From NCBI GenBank assembly GCA_023515795.1, contig JALGPX010000071.1, positions 1-57,348 of the forward strand: a DNA stretch of 57,348 nucleotides. The letters run 5' to 3'. A model generated the notes under the pieces. That model searched no databases, was not told the DNA's origin, and saw only the letters and a list, made by a program, of their open reading frames with translations. This DNA comes from Amoeboaphelidium occidentale (taxonomy: Eukaryota). Position numbers and translations under genes: made by a program. Of this stretch, positions 12,712 through 23,133 are shown piece after piece; position 1 is the first letter of the stretch; each line of letters begins with the position of its first letter.

Positions 12712-13101
12712 GATGATACAAAAATTACAATGAAACAGGTCAAGGCATATTTGGAGCAAAATGCCATCCATCAGGTATTTCAGAAGCCAAAAAAAAACAA
12801 AGAATGAGCCAAAGATTCACGGTAAAATTGGACACTACCAAGCAGACTTGACCTTGACGCGATACAAAAAGTATAATTCAAATTATCATATATTATTGAA
12901 TGTGACCAATGTCAATACAAATTATGCGTATGTGGTAGCTTTGAAAGATAAAACCCAAGGCACTGTTAATGTTGCATTTGAATCAATCCGTCTGAAAGCA
13001 ATTAAAGATGGAAGACCGTTGAAAGTATTGCAAACCGATAACGGTAAAAAGTTTCAAAATAATCAGATTACAAAGTGGTTGCACGAGAAAGAAATTACCG
13101 C
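12712..13101 (+). mobile_element. Polinton/Maverick- or virophage-type rve integrase fragment (frameshift in a poly-A run near 12789-12797; cut by N13102)
   Basis: ITMKQVKAYLEQNAIHQVFQKP / HYQADL...KYNSNYHILL...YAYVVALKDKT...V..AF...LQTDNGKKFQN. The first two DDE aspartates are present (QADL, TDNG). Confidence 0.75.
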
Positions 13102-13337
13102 NCGCCACTTGTTTCGTCTGTTGAGGCAATTTTCAAAGGGAAACTTCGCAACAGGAAAGGCTGAAACAAATCGTGCCGCCGGTTCAAGCGACAAGGCAAA
13201 TAGAACACTCGCGCCACTTAAGAATGTAATTAAAGATGCCTCATTCTGAAGAACTTCCGGGTCTGTTGTTAGAATGCGTTGCGTGAGCAATACAAACACG
13301 GACGTCTGATGCGGTTGTGTTGGTTTTTGGAATAGCG

Positions 13338-15076
13338 ATGCCCGAGGTGATATCAGAGCCCATCATTGTAGTTTCAGATAGTGAAGAAGAACATGAGCGG
13401 CAGGAGTTAATAGAAGCTGAATTAAGAGAACCGATTGCGCAGAGTCAAGATGATTTCGTACATGATCCTGTGCTTCAGTTACAATTACAGCCACCACCAG
13501 CAAAGAAGCAAAAGGTTGAAGAAAAGGAGAATAATCAAACGGAATTAACACTGCAAGTCGACGAAGAAGTGATTTTCTAATGCGCTGAGACTCATAATGT
13601 TTGTAGGGCAGGACATGTTCCATTTGTTTCGAGGTGTGGACCACAAAGGGAAAGCACGGAATAGTGTCGCTGAAGTGTGGTCACCTGTTTGGCAAGCAAT
13701 GCATTACAAAGTGGCTCAAGAAGAATTCTAGTTGTCCTCAGTGCAAACAGTTTGCGACAAAAGCTCATATACGCGACATATATGCGCCAACCATAGTGGC
13801 GACAGATACCTCAGAGTTAGAGAATGTCAAAAGAGAGTTGGAACAGTGCCAGCTGGAGCTGCGCAAGGAAAGATCAAAGTATCTCAGTCAGGAAGAAACA
13901 ATGCGAAAAGTCATGTTCAATATGAAACTGGCAGAGGCAGATGCTGCAAAGAAGAAGAAGGAATATGAAGAAATTCGTAGAAAGTATGAGCAGCTTCTGA
14001 AACAGAAATCTCGTACTTGTATGGACACATCGGATCTTGAACGAAGCTCTTCCGTTGTTTCAGCTCGATTAGATGACGCTCAGCAGATCATTACATCTGA
14101 TAGACAAGAGGAACCTTTCAAGCAAAAGAGTCTTCGATTAACTGAAAGACTGTTTGGATGTAAAGGGTTTCTTCATAGTGGGATGGCATTGATATTGAAC
14201 TGCGAAACTCAGATTGCAAAAGTCAATTCTTCATTCTCTGCTCCAGTTCATGATTATCTTTCCATGCAGGAATGGTGCATCAAAGACATGCAGTGTCACG
14301 AAAACTTTCTAGTGGTTTGCTCGGCAAATAAGAAATTGGGTCTGATTAAACTAGATTCTTTCAATGTTGTTCAAACTTATGATTTATCATGCAATGCATT
14401 TTCATGCTGTTGGATTCTTTCGAAGCCTGATCAAGACGACCGGTGCTTGAGAACACACGTCGTTAGTGGCATGGCTAATTCGTGTATCGAGATTTTTGAT
14501 TTACGTTGTGACAGAAAATATCTTTTGAAACGGACAGAAAAGGTAAATCCAAGAAAGATACATTTTGTTCATTATCATGATGGGTTTTTGTATATTGGGG
14601 GATTGGGTGGATTCTTTAAATGTATGTTTGAGCCATGTGATGATTTATGCACAGATCCTGTAACAATTGAATCAATGTATGTATCTGCAGGAGAAGTGTT
14701 TCCACCTGATGGGTACGTATTAGAACACGCTACAGTTAAAGTTTGCAAAGAAAATGCCTTCTCTTTGTTATGTTTCAAAGAAAAGACAACCACGCACTCA
14801 GTTTATTATCTTTATGACTGTTCGAACTCTATGAATATGATCAGTGCATGGCAATCCACAATTCCGTGCCAGGCTGATATTATTGTTAAAGAAAAGGATG
14901 AGTTTATTGTTTATCTGCCAGATATTAACGGACTAAGAGCGATCAATGTGGCCAAGAATGAAGAGACAATGATTCCATTTGAGTATGCATTAAGCGAACA
15001 TATCAAATCCATCAGGGCATCAGACAAGAATCTATATGTTCTAACTAATGAGTCACTCTACAAGTTCTTAATCTAA
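13338..15076 (+). CDS. RFWD3: RING + coiled-coil + WD40-like E3 ligase (intron 13569-13606)
   Basis: Spliced RING CSICFEVWTTKGKHGIVSLKCGHLFGKQCITKWL...CPQC, then IRDIYA, a coiled coil and WD-like repeats (IEIFDLR). The 38-nt intron keeps the frame. Confidence 0.8.
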
Positions 15077-15143
15077 AACTAAATATTTTTAAGTTCGTTT
15101 TGGAGTGAAACTCTCCGTTTTTTGTTTTTTGGTGTCAATCGAC

Positions 15144-16391
15144 ATGATGATTTCAAATGGAAACGAAAAGCAGCAACTTCCCGTATTCATAAAACATTCA
15201 TTCCAGCCGCCTTCGAAAATTCATGAAGTACTTCGACTGTTCCCTTCGTTCCAGAAATACATTCCAAATCTCGATCCGAGCACTAAACAGGAAAAGCAAT
15301 TTGGCTTTGCGGAATTTAGCACGCTTGAAGGTGTCAGTCTTTGCAATAATATTCTACCATTGTTCGGTGTAATTGTGAGAGTGGATAAGAGTGTTAGGGT
15401 TCTGTCAAGGAAGGATGAACAGTTGGCGCAGAAGATTAGCGCCTTGTTGGGCACTGAGCACACGCTTAAGGGCTTCGTTCCGGAACAGCAGCACAGACAA
15501 CAGTCGCGTACAGATGGAAATGAATTGAAGTCTATGGCCGAAGAAATTGTGTTGAAGAAGAAGATGGATTTGCAAAGGACTTATGCTGATCGCCTGGAGC
15601 GTTACAGGGCATTTGAAGCCAGACTGATGCACTCTATACAGTCTGACGATTCTCATGCGAAATTAGAAGAAAGGATCTACAGGCTTCAGAATGAATACGA
15701 AAATTACGGCGAAGACGATGGGCTTTGGGTGGAAGACAGGGAAAAGTGGATCAGAGAACGCCAGCGACAATCGGAAGCAGAGCGCTATGCAGACAACAAA
15801 GATCGTAATCGGGAACTTAGAGAGATGAAAATGCACCGAAGCGATGTATCTCTTCCTGAAACTGTGGCCTCTTCTGTTTCCGCGAGTGCTCACAGCGTAG
15901 CAGGCTCACAACAGTCTGCGGCAACAACAAAAGCCGTGACTTGGACTGTGTTCCGGAAAGAATTAGAAGCGCATATAAAGCAACACGCGCCATTCTTAAT
16001 TCCTTACACCGGAAAAGCAGCTGAAATGTCGCTTGATGATCTCCTTAATTATCCTGTAAAATGGCAGCAATTAACAAAAGAAGTAATCGATGGACCCATT
16101 AAATCTGTTATAACTCAGACAATTGAGAAGCTATTGGGATCTGCTGAAGAAGATTTAGTTGAGTTCGTTATGGAGATTGTATTTACATCAGAAACTGTCG
16201 GCGCACAGAAAGTTAAAAGTGATATCTTGGAGACTTTTGAGAAGGCTGAAGACTCAGAAGAGTTGCTAGTTAGAATTTGGCATGAGTGCGTTTTCCAGAG
16301 CGAAAAGATTTACCTGCTGGACGGCAGAACGTATTTGAGTGGAACCGATGGGCCAAAACTTTCTGAAATTGAGATTCAACAAATACTCTGA
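15144..16391 (+). CDS. RBM25/Snu71-like splicing factor (RRM-like N-terminus, PWI domain)
   Basis: FGFAEF (RNP1-like), an R/E/D-rich middle, and PWI-like LLNYPVKWQQL...IEKLLGSAEEDLVEFV...LLVRIW. Confidence 0.7.
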   Translation: MMISNGNEKQQLPVFIKHSFQPPSKIHEVLRLFPSFQKYIPNLDPSTKQEKQFGFAEFSTLEGVSLCNNILPLFGVIVRVDKSVRVLSRKDEQLAQKISALLGTEHTLKGFVPEQQHRQQSRTDGNELKSMAEEIVLKKKMDLQRTYADRLERYRAFEARLMHSIQSDDSHAKLEERIYRLQNEYENYGEDDGLWVEDREKWIRERQRQSEAERYADNKDRNRELREMKMHRSDVSLPETVASSVSASAHSVAGSQQSAATTKAVTWTVFRKELEAHIKQHAPFLIPYTGKAAEMSLDDLLNYPVKWQQLTKEVIDGPIKSVITQTIEKLLGSAEEDLVEFVMEIVFTSETVGAQKVKSDILETFEKAEDSEELLVRIWHECVFQSEKIYLLDGRTYLSGTDGPKLSEIEIQQIL

Positions 16392-16400
16392 TAACAGACA

Positions 16401-17210
16401 ATGTGCTCTCATGAAGGACTCCTAAAAGAAGTTTTTACTAATAAAGGTCATTTAATCTACTGCAGCCAGTGTGATACTCAACAAGTTTACTGCACATATT
16501 GTATGAGTGCTCAGGATTATGGTACTGATTGTTACAAGTGTAAAGTTCCTTTAGATCAAAATGCCCTGGATAATAAAACACTCATAGCGATACAGTGCAG
16601 TATTAGTGAAGATGAATATTATGAGTTAAAGAAGAGTTGGTTTGAACACTTGAGGAGTGTGATACTAAGGCCAGGCAAAAGGCAACGCTTGAACAATCAA
16701 CAAGAGAACACTTGTGAAAATTACAGTGAGTATTCATACAAAGAAACAGGCATGCGCTCAATGGGATTATTCAGTGTCGATGTTTCTCTGGTCACACAGT
16801 GTGTATCTGTTACATGTGCTTTGTTGACTGAATTGTCTGAACGTTATGCAAGAATACCAAGAGATCCCTGCGTAAATCTGATAACAGAAGAAGAAAAGGC
16901 GTACTTGGAATCTTATTATAAAGGAAATACAGCGACGAACGAGGCTATACGGAATGTGTGGTCAAATCTTCAAAGTTATGAGAAGCACAAGGGTTTGCTA
17001 CATAGTCTCAAGTACACTACTGATCCACTTGTCAGAAGAGTAATGAACAGAAAACTGCGCGATGTGGAACTGAAAGAAGTGGAAATAGCGACGTTAAATC
17101 AGGCTCTAAGATCGTGCACAGGAGTACAGACCATAAAACAAGTGCAGCGAGAGTGTCTGAGGAAATGCATCTTCACAGCGTTCTTTATCAAACAAGAATT
17201 CAATAAATAA
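16401..17210 (+). CDS. Hypothetical protein with N-terminal Cys-rich zinc-finger-like region
   Basis: 269-aa ORF with CSQC, CTYC and CYKC pairs, tightly packed between its neighbours. Confidence 0.6.
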   Translation: MCSHEGLLKEVFTNKGHLIYCSQCDTQQVYCTYCMSAQDYGTDCYKCKVPLDQNALDNKTLIAIQCSISEDEYYELKKSWFEHLRSVILRPGKRQRLNNQQENTCENYSEYSYKETGMRSMGLFSVDVSLVTQCVSVTCALLTELSERYARIPRDPCVNLITEEEKAYLESYYKGNTATNEAIRNVWSNLQSYEKHKGLLHSLKYTTDPLVRRVMNRKLRDVELKEVEIATLNQALRSCTGVQTIKQVQRECLRKCIFTAFFIKQEFNK

Positions 17211-17221
17211 TCTGTATTTTA

Positions 17222-17749
17222 CTACTTCTGAATGCCCTGATAGAACATGTATTGTGAGTCTACGCCGTAAAGAGCCTTGTAGTCCCATTCGGTTTCTTCT
17301 GTGTAGTCTACAAAACCGTAGGTATACCAGAATTTCTTGGCACCAGCTAAAGAAACAAGATAAACACCATCAAACTTTCCTTTGACTATTTCTAGTAACC
17401 GTTCAAGTATGAAAGCAGCAATACCTTGGCGCCTACTATCAGGATGCACAGCAAGGTCGTGTATGAAAAAGTACTTTCCATTATTATCAATATCATCCAA
17501 CTTACTGAGCTTCACTGGGCATTTGGGGTCCGTGAAAGGGTGCGCCAAAACATAACCTAATAATACACCATCCTGAGAAGCAACCAAGGAATGTTCTGAT
17601 AAAGACAAAATTGAGGATATGGTGCGTTCGGATTCCCATAAATTCTTTGCATAACAGCTCATTTGTATTTCATGTATAAGGTTGGAATGCTTCCGCGCAT
17701 CTGCTTTCCCGATAAGAATACTTTCATCAATTCCGTTAGTTGCGATCAT
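17222..17749 (-). CDS. GNAT-family N-acetyltransferase
   Basis: Motif A FIHDLAVHPDSRRQGIA and motif B AKKFWYTYGF. Likely start MIATNG at 17749. Confidence 0.85.
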   Translation of the reverse strand: MIATNGIDESILIGKADARKHSNLIHEIQMSCYAKNLWESERTISSILSLSEHSLVASQDGVLLGYVLAHPFTDPKCPVKLSKLDDIDNNGKYFFIHDLAVHPDSRRQGIAAFILERLLEIVKGKFDGVYLVSLAGAKKFWYTYGFVDYTEETEWDYKALYGVDSQYMFYQGIQK

Positions 17750-17900
17750 AGTGCAAAAAAACTCACACGTGCTCAGTGCAAAGAAAGACTGTTTTGTCTG
17801 AGACAAGAAACCGCGTTTCAAATATCAACTTCTCCTACACATAACATTATTAAGAACGCGTAACCGACACAAAGAACTCAAAAAACGTTTTATTTATAAA

Positions 17901-18659
17901 TTATGCAATAGTTAGCGGTTGTCCACAATCCAAAAATAGGCCACAAAATTTGGTGTAAATACCTGAATCGAATCTGGTCTTTGGGTGAAAGATTGCTTTC
18001 ATACCGATAGGTTTGCCTGAGAAATCTTTGGACAATGGAATCGTACCTCCAGGCTTGTGAAACCAGATTGGTCTCGTAACGTTGTCGGTGCCAGGTTTCG
18101 TGAGGCGGAACCAGTGATAATCTCTACCCAAAAAGTCCCCACCCACCAATGCTGCCAAGAAATGGCAGTTCTTTCTTTCACCGTCGTAATTACCCAAAGT
18201 AGAATTGGCTGTAGGAATCAGACCATCCTTCTTTGCGCCTTCCACTAATTTTTTACAATCGTTTAGATCATCGTGAGTTAGATAATTCAAACCGCCGCCA
18301 ACACCAGGTTGGGCAAAAGTATTAGTAACCTTATTTGTTGCAAAGTTGTAACAATTGTTGTCCCAGATGGTTTCCATGTCTGGATACCATTTACGATCAA
18401 TTCTCTTGTCAATGTATCTCAACACATCGCGCGGAACTGGAGTACCAGCTTGGGCTATTTGAACACCACCAGAACGACGTCCTTGGATGCGCGCGGAAGA
18501 TCTGACATATTTTAAACCACCATAAGTAACAAAATCAGATTCATTCAAGTTAGGAAAGTCTGATGACATGTCAAGTTTGACCGATTCATCATCAACGGGA
18601 GCAGCATTAAATGTTGGCAACAAGACCAACATTGAAAATAAAGACAGAAAAGACTTCAT
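17901..18659 (-). CDS. Secreted protein with a papain-like Cys/His motif set (NNCYN / DYHWFR / WFHKPG)
   Basis: Signal peptide MKSFLSLFSMLVLLPTFNA, followed by NNCYNFATN, TFAQPG, DYHWFR and WFHKPG. Intronless. Confidence 0.7.
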   Translation of the reverse strand: MKSFLSLFSMLVLLPTFNAAPVDDESVKLDMSSDFPNLNESDFVTYGGLKYVRSSARIQGRRSGGVQIAQAGTPVPRDVLRYIDKRIDRKWYPDMETIWDNNCYNFATNKVTNTFAQPGVGGGLNYLTHDDLNDCKKLVEGAKKDGLIPTANSTLGNYDGERKNCHFLAALVGGDFLGRDYHWFRLTKPGTDNVTRPIWFHKPGGTIPLSKDFSGKPIGMKAIFHPKTRFDSGIYTKFCGLFLDCGQPLTIA

Positions 18660-18980
18660 GAAGTTATGAAAAAATGGTCCTGTAAAATGCCGCTATTTAA
18701 CTAAAAGCAACATTACACGACGTACATTGTGTTCCGGTCCACAAACTTGATTAGGCCAATCAGCATGAGTTCCGACGGTTACGCATGATTTTTGTGCACC
18801 ACATTAGTAACCCCAGAAAATATTGCAAAGGTTCTGCTAGCACGACTACTGGACCAAGCCCGTGCTGATTTTGCTGACAAATTGATGTTTGAGGTAGAAT
18901 CCATGGAATAACTGTGATCAGTGTGAGTTTTGGCTGTGTATGTGTGACCACGAATGGTTTATTAGCGTTCACTGGCCTAA

Positions 18981-20722
18981 TTACGGAGTGCAACGGCCTG
19001 GATATCTTGGATACAAGCAAACATCTCTTACAGTATACCTTGCTAAAACCCAAGCTAAGAATCTTTCAAAACCCAAACCGAAACCTCCATGCTCACAAGT
19101 TCCGTACTTTCTTTGATCAGTAAACCAATAGTAAGGAGCTGGGTCTATGCCCTCACGCTTGTAAGCTTCAAGTAATTCTTTCTCATCAGTCATTCTCATG
19201 GAACCACCAACAACTTCACCAACGTTTGGCATTAAAACATCAACAGACTCAGTGAATCTCTTGTCTTCTGGACACTTTTTCATGTAAAAGCTTTTAATTT
19301 CAGCAGGGAAGCGACACAATAGAATTGGCTCATTAATTGTATCAGTCATTTTCCTTTCGGGAGCTTCTGGAATATCATCTCCTACTTGGAAATTGTCACC
19401 ACTTTCCTTCTTGATACCGTTATCATTCAACCATTTAATCGCATCAACATAGTTCATGCGTCTGAATGGGCGCTTTGGAACTTGGAAATTTGGATTCAAA
19501 TCCAATAGAATCTTTTTAGCTTCAGGAATAGCATACAGCCTTTCAATAACATCACAAACAAGATGTTCCAGTCTTGAAAGCAAATCATCAAACTTAATAA
19601 AAGGACATTCTGCTTCAATGTGGGAAAATTCACTTAAATGACGACGCGTGTGACTGTTTTCAGCACGGAATGAATCTGCGATACAGTAAACATCACCAAG
19701 GGCAGGCAATGCTGTCTCCAAGTACAACTGAGAAGACTGAGTCAAGTAAGCATTCTCTCCGTAATACTTGAAACCAAACAAAGTGGATCCGCCTTCTACT
19801 TGAGTCTGAACCATCAGAGGAGGCGTAACTTCACAGTAACCATTATCATAGAAATGATCACGGAAGCACTTCAATGCAAAATGTCTCATTTTCAGAACAG
19901 CAGAATTTGTCTCACCACGAATTGCTAAATGTCGCAAATTGTACAGAAGATCAGGACTGGAATCAGCAGTTAGTTTGTTTGAAAATGCTTCATCACCGCC
20001 AGGAGCCATTCCGATAACTTCCCAATAATCAGCAGCCAACTCAACATCATTAGGAGCCTTTATAACATTAAACTGCTGCGATGCGTGAAAATGGTTACCT
20101 TGTTTCCGGCTGGGACTGGCTTGACGTAGCCTTCAATCGTTACAGTGGACTCCAAAGTCAAAGTCAGCGCAGAAAGTGTATGGCATAGCTTTCCAGTTAG
20201 AACACACTGCATGTAACCTGTACCATCGCGCAACACGATGAACCTCAAATCTTTTCCTTGTGTTCGCTCTCTGTGGACCCAACCAGAAACAGAAACACGA
20301 GACTTTTCCTTAATAGCTTCCTTTATCTTGCAAACTTTAGCAGCAGGCCATTGGGGATCTCTTGATAGAACGACTTTGGCAGCCTCTTCAAGCTTCTTCT
20401 TCTCTTCTTCCAAACGCTTTGCATCAGCCTCTGCAGCCTTCTTTGCATTTTCTATTTCCTTTTCCTGCTTCTTCTTAACGACTTCGTACTCTTTAACGGC
20501 CTTCTTGCGCGCATTCTTTGCGATTTCCAGGAAACCTGCGCCTTCTCCTTCCAAAGCTTTCCTGATTAGAATTTTACACGTTAAATCCGTTTGCAATGCC
20601 TTCAAAGTGGTCTTGAATGGCTTTAATTCACTTCCATCGCCGGTATCATCAGAGCCCTTCACTTCGCATACGTAAATCGTTGGCCCAGAGATTTGAAGTT
20701 GTTGAAGATCCTGTTCCGACAT
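18981..20722 (-). CDS. NARS1: Cytosolic asparaginyl-tRNA synthetase (intron 20058-20098)
   Basis: GSDDTGDGSELKPFKT N-terminal extension, OB fold (GWVHR, FIVLRDGTG), YLTQSSQLYLE, FRAENSHTRRHLSEF and GFGLGFER. The 41-nt intron keeps the frame. Confidence 0.95.
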
Positions 20723-20756
20723 TTCTTGTATTAAAAGAGAAAGTATTCTACCGGAA

Positions 20757-21401
20757 ATGTTCAGCGGCTTAGTGGAAGATATCGGAACAGTCGTGGCTCT
20801 ACGCGAAGTCGATGGGACAAGTACGGAATTAGAAATTAAAGTTCAGAAGGATTTACTGTCTGATGCATCTCTTGGTGACAGCATCGCTATCAATGGAACA
20901 TGTTTAACTGTGACTTGGATGAACGCTGAACGAAATGCATTTAAAGTCGGCGTATCTCCACAAACTCTGCGTGTTACATGTCTGGGCACACTCAAATGCG
21001 GTGATCGTGTCAATTTGGAACCTTCATTAACGTTACAGAAGCGCATCGGTGGTCATTACGTACAGGGGCATGTTGATACAACTGTTAAATTGGCAGAGAA
21101 GAGGCCTGAGAAGGATTCCTTATGGTTGCGCTTTGTGTTTAATTCAGAAGCCGAGTTTTTGAAGTTTGGCCGTTACGTAGTTGAGAAGGGTTACGTAGCG
21201 ATCGACGGCACAAGTTTGACTGTTGCCAATTTAACCGATGATGGTTTTGAAATTATGCTGGTGAAATACACACAGGAGAATGTGGCATTGGGTGATAAGA
21301 ATGTTGGTGATGCTTTTAATTTGGAAGTTGATATTCTTTCAAAGACTATGGAAAGATTACTGTCATTCGATGCAATGAAGGCAAAACTTCAAGCTAAATG
21401 A
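20757..21401 (+). CDS. RIB5: Riboflavin synthase
   Basis: MFSGLVE start, GDSIAINGTCLTV, GGHYVQGHVD, AIDGTSLTV and NLEVD. Confidence 0.95.
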   Translation: MFSGLVEDIGTVVALREVDGTSTELEIKVQKDLLSDASLGDSIAINGTCLTVTWMNAERNAFKVGVSPQTLRVTCLGTLKCGDRVNLEPSLTLQKRIGGHYVQGHVDTTVKLAEKRPEKDSLWLRFVFNSEAEFLKFGRYVVEKGYVAIDGTSLTVANLTDDGFEIMLVKYTQENVALGDKNVGDAFNLEVDILSKTMERLLSFDAMKAKLQAK

Positions 21402-21430
21402 ATTGTTATTATTGATGACAATTATGATGA

Positions 21431-23122
21431 TTAAACTTTTCCAGCGATAAAAGCTTTTTCTCCGTATAAATCTTTGTGAAGCCTTTCAATGTATCCAGTG
21501 AATGTTGAACCTTTTGTTCCAATGAATGCGACACCTCTAGAAGCAATGATTTGATCCAAAAATGGTAGCCAGATATCTGTTGACATTTCATAGTTCTCGA
21601 ATCCAGAACACGTGAAGTCAGTATCATCCTTTGAAAGAGGATCTGTAAAACCTTTTATCATATCAAGAACTTCAGACATTGTATCTTGTCGTGACAATAT
21701 AGAGTTCTTCAAATTCTCCAAATCAACAAAGTATGGCTCAAACATTTGTAGATAGAAGACCTCAGCCGAAAGATCATAAATAGGTTTCAGCATTGATTCC
21801 AAATGCTTTGGTGATATATCGGTCGCAACGTAAAATCTTAATGGCGACTGCAAACATTTAACAGGAGATGCTTTTCCTTTGCACATCTTATCTTTTATCA
21901 ACTGTGCCATATTCTTAATTGTTGTGTTTGTCCTTTCTGAGAACTTACCGTCTCCTCCCCTTATATGAATTCCAACGAATGGTCCTTGCTCTTCAATCTG
22001 ATCAGTTATTGATACAGCGACATTCTGGAGTATTTGGTTCTTATAGATCATTCTCTCTTTAAGTTCCCAGCGCTTCTCTTCTGTTCTATCATCAGTAAGA
22101 AGAACTCTACTGAAACCAAAAGTAGAGCCCAACACAACCACTTTGTTGAGAGGATAACTAGAGCCAAGATTTACAATGTGCGCATATTTGTCCAAAGGAA
22201 CTCGCGATATGTAAATATCATTCTTTGTCTCAAAAAGAGGCATTTTCTCATCGTAAACTTTAAAAACAGACTCAGCGTTCCATTCTCTGTCCTTCTTGCC
22301 CATGATCTCGACATAGTGTTGCTTCTTTCGGTTGTATGGTCGTTTCAGAGACACAATAGACAGATTACTGTGTGAATTATCAACAAGGTAAGACGGATTT
22401 GCACCACTTACGTTCTGGATGTATCTGAACGTGTACATGATCTGCTCCTTGAACTCAGTCAAGTCATTTGAAGGATCCAACTGTTTCTTTCGATGCTTTT
22501 TCATAATACTCACAAATTCACGGATAGATTTGACATTTGCCCATTCCGGAAGGTCTTTAAAGTCAAAAAGAGAATCCATAGAGACAACAGCACGATGTTC
22601 CATGACTTCAAACAGCTTCCGGCATTTGTAATCCGCATTTAGAGGCGCTTGCGACCGTTTGATCGCAGAGCCTTCCGTAAATAATGCTTCGATTAATCTT
22701 AAATTCTTAATCTGATCTTCGTAAGGCAGAAAAGGATTCTCCGTGAAGCCCAAATAGAATGGAGGCAGCACCAAAGTTCTGTTCAGAATGTGCGCAATCA
22801 GTAGGGCATTCTCCAGTTCGCTGATTTGATTAGAGAACCCACTGTGGGGTAAATACAAAAGGAATCCATTGTTAGGCTTGGAAGTGTGAACAATTTGCCT
22901 TGTCTTGATTAAGAGGCCCCCATTGGCCGTTTCAGAGGTCTCAAACAGCAACGTAAATAATCCAAAGATTGCCACTCCCAGAATTAACAAAAGGCTGTAC
23001 TGAATTGGTTTTGACAATTCTGAGTTGACTCGCCGCACAGTCTTGCTTGGGCTGGAGTCCCTTCGTCTAACGGAAGAGCCTTCACCAAGCAACACCCGAT
23101 CAGAATCTCCGCGTCGGAACAT
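21431..23122 (-). CDS. Type II membrane O-fucosyltransferase-like (GT-B fold) protein
   Basis: N-terminal TM helix, YLPHSGFSNQ...RTLVLPP, GIHIRGGD, YVATD and DQIIASRGVAFIGTKGSTF. Confidence 0.75.
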   Translation of the reverse strand: MFRRGDSDRVLLGEGSSVRRRDSSPSKTVRRVNSELSKPIQYSLLLILGVAIFGLFTLLFETSETANGGLLIKTRQIVHTSKPNNGFLLYLPHSGFSNQISELENALLIAHILNRTLVLPPFYLGFTENPFLPYEDQIKNLRLIEALFTEGSAIKRSQAPLNADYKCRKLFEVMEHRAVVSMDSLFDFKDLPEWANVKSIREFVSIMKKHRKKQLDPSNDLTEFKEQIMYTFRYIQNVSGANPSYLVDNSHSNLSIVSLKRPYNRKKQHYVEIMGKKDREWNAESVFKVYDEKMPLFETKNDIYISRVPLDKYAHIVNLGSSYPLNKVVVLGSTFGFSRVLLTDDRTEEKRWELKERMIYKNQILQNVAVSITDQIEEQGPFVGIHIRGGDGKFSERTNTTIKNMAQLIKDKMCKGKASPVKCLQSPLRFYVATDISPKHLESMLKPIYDLSAEVFYLQMFEPYFVDLENLKNSILSRQDTMSEVLDMIKGFTDPLSKDDTDFTCSGFENYEMSTDIWLPFLDQIIASRGVAFIGTKGSTFTGYIERLHKDLYGEKAFIAGKV

Positions 23123-23133
23123 CAGCAAGTTTA

